7,775 bases of DNA from the IMG/VR virus record IMGVR_UViG_3300029490_000113, positions 1 to 7,775 of that record, one strand, 5' to 3'. The stretch comes from a virus. Lineage: Duplodnaviria > Heunggongvirae > Uroviricota > Caudoviricetes. A program made the position numbers and the translations under genes. Under the pieces are notes generated by a model. It worked only from the letters and a program-made list of their open reading frames with translations. It made no database searches and was not told the origin of the DNA. Within the stretch, counting starts at the first letter, position 1, and every line of letters starts with the position of its first letter. This document shows positions 1-7,124 of the stretch, one piece after another.

Positions 1-860
1 GTCAGGCTGGATGGCGTGGAAAAATAGGTTTGTCGCCATTTTTTGTGAATAGCCATACCGGAAGCCACTTTGCGCAGCTCCTGGAATTTCGGTATCCAGA
101 AATATTCATCCAGATACAGGTTGCCGTGGTAACTCTGGGCCGTGCGGGCATTGGTGCCGAGGAAGTAAAGCGTGGCCCCGTTGGGAAGCACCATCGGATC
201 GCCTTTCAGCTCCACTTCCACTTCTTTGGCGAAGTCGATGATGTACTGCTTAAAGACGTGCGCCTGTGCCTTACTGGCAGAAAGGAAAATCTGGTTACGT
301 CCGGTTAGCAGGGCGTCAATCAGGGCTTCACGGGCAAAATAGAAGGTCGCGCCGATCTGGCGTGACTTCAGCAGGTTGCGGATGCGGTTGGTTTTTCCGG
401 CTTCCCACCAGTGACGCTGGTAGTTGAACATGGAGGAATGGAAGATTTCTTCCAGCTTCTCAATCTGTTCATTGGTGAAAACATTCTTTTCAGGCTGACG
501 GCGCGGGCCTTTGTTGCGGTTGGCGACGTTAGGGTTTAAATCGGCTTCGTTGCCGCCATTGTTAAACTTGCCGATCCGCGCGTGGCGCTCCGACTGGCGC
601 GCCAGCAGATCAATTTCTTTGAAATCTTTCCCTTCTTTGTGCTCCTTCATAATGAGCTGGCAGTAACGTGCGGCGGTGGTGAGCTGCATCTGATCCAGCG
701 GCCCATAGTCACCCCACTTGTCGCGTTTTTTCCAGCTGTGAACGGTTGCAACTTTCTCGCCCAGCATTTCAGCAATGCGGGCTACGCGGTATCCCTGAAA
801 GTACAGCAGCATGGCCTGCCGACGGGGATCGAGATCTGCGGGTGTCAGTGTGGTGTTCAT
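1..860 (-). CDS. P: P2-family terminase large (ATPase) subunit GpP; N-terminal ~286 codons, 3' end beyond window start
   Basis: Hand translation of the reverse complement from ATG at 860..858 is open to position 1 and reads [43 protein letters not shown]...[13 protein letters not shown]. This has an N-terminal HTH-like segment and resembles P2 GpP as I remember it. An in-frame TAG lies 4 codons upstream (870..872). It is divergent from gpO, as in P2. Not in the ORF track because no stop falls inside the window. Confidence 0.85.
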   Translation of the reverse strand, partial: MNTTLTPADLDPRRQAMLLYFQGYRVARIAEMLGEKVATVHSWKKRDKWGDYGPLDQMQLTTAARYCQLIMKEHKEGKDFKEIDLLARQSERHARIGKFNNGGNEADLNPNVANRNKGPRRQPEKNVFTNEQIEKLEEIFHSSMFNYQRHWWEAGKTNRIRNLLKSRQIGATFYFAREALIDALLTGRNQIFLSASKAQAHVFKQYIIDFAKEVEVELKGDPMVLPNGATLYFLGTNARTAQSYHGNLYLDEYFWIPKFQELRKVASGMAIHKKWRQTYFSTPSSL

Positions 861-906
861 GGCACAAACCTACAGCCTTGAATGAAGGCTTTCCCCGCCT
901 GCGGTT

Positions 907-924
907 TGTGTGGTTGTCGGTACA
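907..924 (+). promoter_or_regulatory. Candidate Ogr-dependent late promoter element (TGT-N12-ACA dyad) for the gpO-N-M operon
   Basis: TGTgtggttgtcggtACA sits in the 142 bp divergent gpP/gpO intergenic region. It matches the TGT-N12-ACA half-site spacing described for P2/P4 late promoters. Its centre is about 55-60 bp upstream of a plausible start near 970-975, with a weak -10-like CATAAG at 963..968. A 6-specified-base dyad is expected about twice by chance in 7.8 kb, so position is the main support. Confidence 0.4.
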
Positions 925-1002
925 AATACCGCGCATTGTTTCACTGCCCCCATCACCGCAACCATAAGGCTCCAGTAAGTTTTTTCTAACGGAGCACGGC
1001 TC

Positions 1003-1836
1003 ATGACAGTGAAAGCAAAGCGTTTTCGCATCGGGGTGGAAGGTGCCACCACCGACGGACGCGAAATCCAGCGTGAATGGCTGGAACAGATGGCAGCCAG
1101 CTACAACCCGGCGGTGTATACCGCGCTGATTAACCTTGAGCACATCAAGTCTTATCTGCCGGACAGCACCTTTAACCGCTACGGCAAGGTGACGGCGCTG
1201 TTTGCTGAAGAAATCACGGAAGGTCCGCTGGCAGGCAAGATGGCGCTGTATGCCGACGTTGAGCCAACAGAGTCCCTGGTGGAGCTGGTGAAAAAAGGCC
1301 AGAAATTATTCACCTCTATGGAAGTCAGCCCAAAGTTTGCTGATACGGGCAAAGCCTACCTGGTCGGGCTGGCTGCCACTGATGACCCTGCCAGTCTGGG
1401 CACTGAAATGCTGACATTCAGCGCCAGTGCAGCCCATAACCCGCTGGCAAACCGCAAGCAGAATCCTGCCAATCTCTTTACCGCTGCAGAGGAAACGGTG
1501 ATCGAACTGGAAGAAATCCAGGAGGACAAGCCGTCCCTGTTTGCCCGCGTCACGGCGCTGTTCACCAAAAAAGAGCAGTCCGACGATGCCCGGTTCTCTG
1601 ATGTGCATAAGGCCGTGGAGCTGGTCGCCACTGAGCAGCAGAACCTGAGCGCACGCACCGAAAAATCCCTGTCTGAGCAGGAAGAACGTCTGTCTGAGCT
1701 GGAGACTGCCCTGCAGGCACAGCAGACCGCCTTTAACGAACTGGTGAATAAGCTGAGTCATGAAGACAGCCGCCAGGACTACCGCCAGCGTGCAACAGGC
1801 GGTAACGCCCCCGCTGACACTCTGACCAATTGCTGA
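1003..1836 (+). CDS. O: P2-family capsid scaffolding protein / prohead protease GpO
   Basis: 277 aa ORF, MTVKAKRFRIGVEG...NLEHIKSYLPD...YLVGLAATDDPASLGTE...DDARFSDVHKAV...ATGGNAPADTLTNC, is collinear with P2 GpO as I remember it. GGAG RBS at 991..994. It is followed 16 nt later by the capsid gene. Confidence 0.9.
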   Translation: MTVKAKRFRIGVEGATTDGREIQREWLEQMAASYNPAVYTALINLEHIKSYLPDSTFNRYGKVTALFAEEITEGPLAGKMALYADVEPTESLVELVKKGQKLFTSMEVSPKFADTGKAYLVGLAATDDPASLGTEMLTFSASAAHNPLANRKQNPANLFTAAEETVIELEEIQEDKPSLFARVTALFTKKEQSDDARFSDVHKAVELVATEQQNLSARTEKSLSEQEERLSELETALQAQQTAFNELVNKLSHEDSRQDYRQRATGGNAPADTLTNC

Positions 1837-1852
1837 TGGAGCACAAAACCCG

Positions 1853-2911
1853 ATGAAGAAGAATACCCGCTTTGCTTTTAACGCTTACCTGCAGCAGCTG
1901 GCGCGTCTGAACGGTGTGGCAGTTGAAGAACTGTCCAGCAAGTTCACCGTAGAGCCGTCCGTGCAGCAGACATTGGAAGACCAGATCCAGCAGTCCGCCG
2001 CTTTCCTGACGCTGATTAACGTCACGCCAGTGACTGAGCAGTCCGGTCAGCTGCTGGGGTTGGGAGTTGGCAGCACCATTGCCGGAACCACTGATACCAC
2101 CGCGAAAGAGCGTGAACCTGTCGATCCGACGCTGATGGTCGATGTGGAATATAAATGCGAGCAGACCAACTTTGACACGGTGCTGACCTACGCGAAGCTG
2201 GACCTGTGGGCGAAATTTCAGGATTTTCAGGTGCGTATCCGTGACGCCATCGTGAAACGTCAGGCACTGGACCGCATCATGATCGGCTTTAACGGCGTGA
2301 AGCGTGCGAAAACCTCCAACCGTAGCGAAAACCCGCTACTGCAGGATGTGAATAAAGGCTGGCTGCAGAAAATCCGTGAGGATGCACCGGATCACGTCAT
2401 GGGCAGCACCACCACGGGCGGTGAAACCACACCGGGCGCAGTGAAAGTCGGGAAAGGTGGCGAATATGCCAACCTGGACGCCGTGGTGATGGATGCCGTC
2501 AATGAGCTTATCGACGTGGTCTACCAGGACGATGACGATCTGGTGGTGATTTGCGGTCGTGAACTGCTGTCTGACAAGTATTTCCCGCTGGTCAACAAAG
2601 AGCAGGAAAACAGTGAAAAACTGGCTGCCGATATGATCATCAGTCAGAAACGCATGGGTGGCCTGCAGGCCGTGCGTGCGCCGTTCTTCCCGCCGAATGC
2701 ACTGCTGATCACCCGTCTGGATAACCTGTCCATCTACTGGCAGGAAGACACCCGCCGCCGTTCAGTTATCGACAACCCGAAACGTGACCGGATTGAAAAC
2801 TTTGAATCCGTTAACGAAGCCTATGTGGTTGAGGACTACCGCTGTGCCGCACTGGTGGAAAACATCCAGATTGGCGACTTCAGCGCCGCCGCAGCAGAAA
2901 CCGGAGCGTAA
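1853..2911 (+). CDS. N: P2-family major capsid protein GpN
   Basis: 352 aa ORF, MKKNTRFAFNAYLQQ...KFTVEPSVQQTL...TLDLWAKFQDFQVRIRDAIVKRQALD...VGKGGEYANLDAVVMDA...SQKRMGGLQAVR, matches the P2 GpN family. GGAG RBS at 1838..1841. Tightly packed between O and M. Confidence 0.9.
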   Translation: MKKNTRFAFNAYLQQLARLNGVAVEELSSKFTVEPSVQQTLEDQIQQSAAFLTLINVTPVTEQSGQLLGLGVGSTIAGTTDTTAKEREPVDPTLMVDVEYKCEQTNFDTVLTYAKLDLWAKFQDFQVRIRDAIVKRQALDRIMIGFNGVKRAKTSNRSENPLLQDVNKGWLQKIREDAPDHVMGSTTTGGETTPGAVKVGKGGEYANLDAVVMDAVNELIDVVYQDDDDLVVICGRELLSDKYFPLVNKEQENSEKLAADMIISQKRMGGLQAVRAPFFPPNALLITRLDNLSIYWQEDTRRRSVIDNPKRDRIENFESVNEAYVVEDYRCAALVENIQIGDFSAAAAETGA

Positions 2912-2914
2912 TTC

Positions 2915-3487
2915 ATGAGCCTGAGTCCCGCACGGCAGCATCGCCTGCGCGTTCAGGCTGAACAGGCCGCCCGCGAGGGCGGCAGTGTTCGCCACGCGTC
3001 GGGCTATGACCTGATGCTGCTGCAACTGGCGGAAGACCGCCGCCGTCTCAAGGGCGTTCAGTCCACGGTCAAAAAAGCGGAAATCAAGGTGGAGCTGCTG
3101 CCGAAGTACGCCGCCTGGGCAGAGGGTGTCCTGGCTGCCGGAGGCGCTCAACAGGATGACGTGCTGATGTACGTGATGCTGTGGCGCATTGATGCCGGAG
3201 ATTATGCCGGGGCGCTGGAGATCGGGCGTCATGCCCTGCGTCATGGCTGGGTGATGCCACTGGGTAACCGCAATGTGCAGACCGTGCTGGCAGAGGAAAT
3301 GGCAGATGCAGCGCAGAGCGCAATGCTTGCCGCCACCGGCTTTGATGCCGATCTGTTGTTGCTGACGCTGGAGCTGACAGACGGTCTGGATATGCCGGAC
3401 CAGTCACGGGCGCGTCTGCATAAAGCGATTGGCGCTGTTCTGAGTGAAAGCAATCCGGCTTTACGACCAGTCTGGAGCTTGAAGTGA
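2915..3487 (+). CDS. M: P2-family terminase small (endonuclease) subunit GpM, probably C-terminally truncated
   Basis: 190 aa ORF with GAQQDDVLMYVMLWRIDAGDYAGALEIGRHALRHG and LELTDGLDMPDQSRARLHKAIG, resembling P2 GpM. Start is 3 nt after the gpN stop, with GGAG RBS at 2903..2906. P2 GpM is about 247 aa as I recall, and the expected basic C-terminal tail is missing. The ORF ends ...ESNPALRPVWSLK and is followed by AT-rich DNA instead of gene L. Confidence 0.75.
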   Translation: MSLSPARQHRLRVQAEQAAREGGSVRHASGYDLMLLQLAEDRRRLKGVQSTVKKAEIKVELLPKYAAWAEGVLAAGGAQQDDVLMYVMLWRIDAGDYAGALEIGRHALRHGWVMPLGNRNVQTVLAEEMADAAQSAMLAATGFDADLLLLTLELTDGLDMPDQSRARLHKAIGAVLSESNPALRPVWSLK

Positions 3488-3603
3488 GGATTGATGATTT
3501 CGAAATGGAATGATTCTTCGCAATGGAGAACTTTTAAGTTTGCAAAATGGAATAATGCGGTATCATTATTGTGAATTTAGCAAAAATGGGGAGAACTCGA
3601 AAA

Positions 3604-3822
3604 ATGATGATTTGCCCACTGTGTGGAAGTGCCGCCCATACTCGCAGCAGTTTTCAGGTATCTTCATTGACCAAAGAGCGTTACAACCAGTGCCAGAACA
3701 TTAACTGCAGCCATACTTTTGTTACCCATGAAACTTTTGTTCGTTCGATTGCAACGCCAAAAGAGTCAAATCCGGTTCAGCCGCATCCAATGAAATCAGG
3801 ACAGGTGGCGCTCTCCCTTTGA
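3604..3822 (+). CDS. ogr: Ogr/Delta-family zinc-finger late transcription activator
   Basis: MMICPLCGSAAHTRSS...KERYNQCQNINCSHTFVTHE...VQPHPMKSGQ has the CxxC...CxxxxC zinc-binding arrangement and aligns with P2 Ogr (MFHCPLCQHAAH...KERYHQCQNVNCSATF...). Start chosen at ATG 3604 (or 3607), preceded by GGGGAGA at 3587..3593. The ORF-track start at 3571 is a GTG further upstream in the same frame. Confidence 0.85.
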   Translation: MMICPLCGSAAHTRSSFQVSSLTKERYNQCQNINCSHTFVTHETFVRSIATPKESNPVQPHPMKSGQVALSL

Positions 3823-3900
3823 CGCTGCCGCCATTTTGTCGCCATCGTTAAAAAACAGTGCTTCTAACATCATGATTTTAAACAGCTTAAATTTCAGGCA

Positions 3901-3945
3901 ACAAAAAACCCATCAACCTTGAACCGAAATGGCGGGGTTGATGGG
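3901..3945 (-). terminator. Rho-independent terminator (minus-strand orientation), probably for ybjL
   Basis: 10 bp perfect inverted repeat cccatcaacc (3909..3918) / ggttgatggg (3936..3945) with a 17 nt loop. On the minus strand the stem is followed by TTTTTTGTT. It lies 113 nt downstream of the ybjL stop. There is no T-run after the stem on the plus strand. Confidence 0.5.
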
Positions 3946-4057
3946 CTCCACAAAATGGGGACATCAAAGAAAAGCAGTGGCACTAATTAAGACTGATGCC
4001 CTGCGGAAAAGTTCTGCGGTTGTGCAAAAAAATTTCATTTTCAGGGCAACTTCAGTT

Positions 4058-5743
4058 TTATCCTAATCCTGGCCATACCATGACGATGATTGTCCCTGCC
4101 AGCGTCAGCAGGACGTTGGCGATTGCATAGGTGCCCGCATAGCCCAGCGCCGGGATGTTACTGCGAGCTGTATCACTGATGATCTCCATTGCCGGCGCGC
4201 AGGTACGTGCGCCCATCATTGCGCCGAACAACAGCGCGCGGTTCATTCGCAATACATAAGCACCGAATAAGAAACAGATAACCACGGGCACCAGACTGAC
4301 AATCAATCCGGCAATCAACATCTGACCGCCAATCGCGCCCAGGCCGTTATTAATACCGCTACCGGCGCTCAGACCAACGCCTGCCATAAACACCATCAAG
4401 CCGAACTCTTTCACCATGCTTAATGCACCCTGCGGAATGTAACCGAAGGTCGGGTGGTTAGCACGCATAAAGCCCAGCATAATTCCGGCGAATAACAACC
4501 CGGCAGCGTTCCCCATGCCGAAACTGAATGTGCTGAACTGGAAGGTGATCATCCCGATCATCAGCCCAATAACAAAGAAGGCGCAGAATGCCAGCAGGTC
4601 AGTGACCTGGCTGTGAATCGAGATAAAGCCGATGCGATCGGCGATGGTTTTTACGCGGCGGGCATCGCCGCTGACTTGTAAAACGTCACCTTTGTTAAGC
4701 ACGACGTTGTCATCTATCGGCATCTCAATCTGGCTACGAATGACGCGGTTAAGGAAGCAACCGTGATCGGTCAACTTCAGTTGTGCGAGACGTTTACCTA
4801 CAGCGTTATGGTTTTTAACGACCACTTCTTCAGTGACGATACGCATGTCGAGAAGGTCACGATCGAAAACTTCTTTACCGTTACGGAAGCTGGGATCGAG
4901 TCGGGCATGGGCGTCGGGATAGCCTACCAACGCTATTTCATCGCCCATTTGTAGCACGGCATCACCGTCTGGATTTGCCAGAATCCCGTTACGTCGAATA
5001 CGTTCAATGTAGCAGCCGGTTTGTCGATAAATACCCAGTTCACGCAGATTTTTGCCGTCGGTCCAGGCCACCAGTTCCGGGCCGACGCGATAGGCGCGGA
5101 TCACCGGTAAATAAACCTTACGGTTGGCATCAGTGTCCAGGCCACGTTCGCGGGCGATTTGCTGGGCGCTGGTCTGTAAGTCCTGATGCTGCAATTTCGG
5201 CAAGTAACGCGCACCAACAATCAAACTCACCAGACCGATTAAATAGGTTAAGGCATACCCGAGGCTCAGATTATCCAGTGCCAGTGAGAGCTGCCTGCTT
5301 TCCATGCCGGAATGACGCAGTGTATCGCCAGCACCGACCAGAACCGGTGTCGACGTCATAGAGCCTGCTAACATACCGGCCGTCAGGCCAATATCCCAGC
5401 CAAACAGCTTACCTAACCCTAAGGCGATCACCAGCGCACTGCCAACCATCACCAGTGCTAACATTAGGTAATTTTTCCCATCGCGAAAAAAAATGGAAAA
5501 AAAGTTCGGTCCGGCTTCGACCCCGACGCAGAAAATAAACAGCATAAAGCCAAGATTAAGCGCATCGGTGTTAATGCTGAAATGTTGTTGGCCTAATAAC
5601 AGCGATACGACTAAAACGCCAATGGAATTACCCAGTTGGATCGAACCAAGTCGTAACTTTCCGAGACATAGCCCAAGCGCGAGGACCACAAATAATAACA
5701 GAATGTAATTCCCATTTAACAATTCGGCGACGTTTATATTCAC
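4058..5743 (-). CDS. ybjL: Putative transport protein YbjL (AAE-family transporter with cytoplasmic TrkA-C-like regulatory domains)
   Basis: 561 aa [37 protein letters not shown]..., matches E. coli YbjL over its full length from memory. Hydrophobic N- and C-terminal membrane domains flank a soluble middle region. The start codon is GTG at 5743. Confidence 0.9.
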
Positions 5744-6012
5744 GGAGGCTAACTTCTTGTTTACTAGTAAGCTGTTGAAAGAAATGGTAATTTACGATAA
5801 TGTTTTTTACCAGAATTCAGGGCGCAGATTCATTCAGCGCACCTAAACGATAGTAAAGTAACAATATATTTTACTAGTGTAATCACATTAGGTATCAACG
5901 GCTATATGAATTGCGTTGGCCTATATTAGCATGGAATGCGAAGCGGCTTTATCTTACTGAACGCCACACTGGCGAAAAATGTGTTCGATAGACGCAGTGT
6001 CAGGAGGAACGA

Positions 6013-6390
6013 GTGAAACATAAACAACGTTGGGCGGGGGCAATCTGCTGTTTTGTCCTCTTCATTGTGGTGTGCCTTTTTCTGGCGACGCACATGAAAG
6101 GCGCTTTTCGGGCTGCCGGGCATCCTGAAATCGGCTTGCTATTTTTCATTCTTCCTGGAGCAGTCGCCAGCTTCTTTTCACAGCGTAGAGAAGTCCTGAA
6201 ACCTCTGTTTGGCGCAATGCTGGCGGCACCCTGTTCGATGCTCATTATGCGGCTGTTTTTTTCACCGACGCGCTCATTCTGGCAAGAGCTGGCATGGTTA
6301 TTAAGTGCGGTGTTCTGGTGTGCGCTGGGGGCACTGTGTTTCTTATTTATCAGTAGTTTGTTTAAACCACAGCACAGAAAAAATCAGTAA
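6013..6390 (+). CDS. ybjM: Inner membrane protein YbjM
   Basis: 125 aa hydrophobic ORF, MKHKQRWAGAICCFVLFIVVCLF..., matching E. coli YbjM. GTG start with a strong AGGAGG RBS at 6002..6007. Divergent from ybjL. Confidence 0.85.
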   Translation: MKHKQRWAGAICCFVLFIVVCLFLATHMKGAFRAAGHPEIGLLFFILPGAVASFFSQRREVLKPLFGAMLAAPCSMLIMRLFFSPTRSFWQELAWLLSAVFWCALGALCFLFISSLFKPQHRKNQ

Positions 6391-6409
6391 AGCCCTCAAC
6401 GCGAGGGCT
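6391..6409. terminator. Short GC hairpin between convergent ybjM and grxA stops (possible bidirectional terminator)
   Basis: AGCCCTC aacgc GAGGGCT, a 7 bp stem, begins immediately after the ybjM TAA (6388..6390) and ends 10 nt before the grxA stop (6420..6422). T-runs are weak on both sides. Confidence 0.4.
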
Positions 6410-6419
6410 TGTCAGACGA

Positions 6420-6677
6420 TCAGGCGTCCAGATTTTCTTTCACCCATGCAGCAAAATCGGTATAGCCGCCGATATGTTGCTGATCGACAAAAATCTGCGG
6501 CACGGTTTCTACGGGTTTACCTGCCTTTTGTTGTAGATCTTCTTTAGTGATCCCTTCCGCACGAATATCTACATAGTGATACTGAAAATCATCGTGTTCA
6601 TTGCTCAATTTCTCAGCCAGATCTTTTGCACGCACACAGTAAGGGCAACCCGGACGACCAAAAATAACGGTTTGCAT
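6420..6677 (-). CDS. grxA: Glutaredoxin 1
   Basis: MQTVIFGRPGCPYCVRAKDLAEKLS...VPQIFVDQQHIGGYTDFAAWVKENLDA contains the CPYC active site and matches E. coli GrxA (85 aa). Start set at ATG 6677..6675, which is preceded by GAGGAGAGAA. The longer track ORF (to 6692) starts at an ATG that lies within that Shine-Dalgarno sequence. Confidence 0.9.
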   Translation of the reverse strand: MQTVIFGRPGCPYCVRAKDLAEKLSNEHDDFQYHYVDIRAEGITKEDLQQKAGKPVETVPQIFVDQQHIGGYTDFAAWVKENLDA

Positions 6678-6836
6678 TATTTCTCTCCTCATAGATTTAT
6701 GCCTGTAATGATCACGCTAAAATGTATTCGCTGAAAGTAGGTTTAACCTGTTGCATTAATTGCTAAAAGCTATAACTGTTAAACACAATACAGTGAAAAG
6801 TTTTAGACTGAAGGCTCACTTTGCAGAGGGAAGCGT

Positions 6837-7124
6837 ATGCGCGCGATCGGTAAATTGCCTAAAGGCGTGTTGATACTGGAATTTATCGGAATGATGCTAC
6901 TGGCGGTGGCGCTGCTGTCGGTAAGCGACTCCCTGTCGCTGCCTGAGCCATTTTCTCGGCCAGAAGTGCAGATTCTGATGATTTTTCTCGGTGTTTTGCT
7001 CATGCTTCCCGCTGCGGTGGTGGTTATTCTTCAGGTGGCAAAACGTCTTGCCCCACAGCTGATGAACCGTCCACCGCAATATTCACGTTCAGAAAGAGAA
7101 AAAGATAATGACGCCAACCATTGA
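6837..7124 (+). CDS. ybjC: Small inner-membrane protein YbjC (DUF1418), first gene of the ybjC-nfsA operon
   Basis: 95 aa ORF, MRAIGKLPKGVLILEFIGMMLLAVALLSVSDS..., matches E. coli YbjC. AGAGGG RBS at 6825..6830. Its 3' end overlaps the nfsA start by 17 nt. Confidence 0.85.
   Translation: MRAIGKLPKGVLILEFIGMMLLAVALLSVSDSLSLPEPFSRPEVQILMIFLGVLLMLPAAVVVILQVAKRLAPQLMNRPPQYSRSEREKDNDANH

Larger units (their letters stand above)
1..3822. mobile_element. P2-family prophage remnant (head module plus ogr), right end; continues left of window; exact right boundary (attR) unresolved within 3823..4057
   Basis: Gene order P(leftward) / O-N-M(rightward) ... ogr followed by host genes matches the right arm of an integrated P2-type prophage with everything between M and ogr deleted. 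This segment is visibly more GC-rich than the AT-rich junction that follows. Confidence 0.7.

Noticed and set aside
849-866. Second TGT-N12-ACA dyad (TGTggtgttcatggcACA)
   Set aside because: It overlaps the gpP start codon, so it is not placed about 55 bp upstream of a transcription start. The pattern is expected about twice by chance in a window this size.
30-967. Plus-strand ORFs 30..308, 582..881 and 746..967 from the ORF track
   Set aside because: They are antisense to the much longer gpP reading frame, which has clear terminase-like sequence. Their translations are low-complexity with no recognisable family.
769-1143. Minus-strand ORFs 769..1143 and 870..1052 spanning the P/O intergenic region
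   Set aside because: They overlap the gpP start and the gpO 5' end in other frames, have no RBS, and would run across the divergent promoter region. Treated as chance ORFs in GC-rich DNA.
1306-3453. Minus-strand ORFs antisense to gpO, gpN and gpM (1306..1761, 1356..1658, 2022..2267, 2762..3244, 3084..3407, 3241..3453)
   Set aside because: Typical antisense ORFs of GC-rich coding sequence. They are Arg/Ser/Ala-rich with no family resemblance, and the sense frames are clearly the P2 head genes.
3510-3704. ORF 3510..3704 (64 aa) overlapping the ogr start
   Set aside because: It is out of frame with the well-supported Ogr ORF and has no RBS or family resemblance.
30-3845. Shared 10-11 bp string ttgtcgccat at 30..39 and 3835..3844, considered as possible att-like direct repeats
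   Set aside because: The first copy is inside the gpP coding sequence, not at a prophage end. A single 10-mer match within 7.8 kb is within chance expectation.
3929-4060. 43-codon plus-strand ORF in the ogr-ybjL spacer
   Set aside because: No RBS. It runs through the terminator hairpin and into the ybjL stop region, with no recognisable features.
4763-5708. Plus-strand ORFs 4763..4954, 4975..5361 and 5493..5708
   Set aside because: They are antisense to ybjL, which is full length with a clear membrane-transporter sequence.
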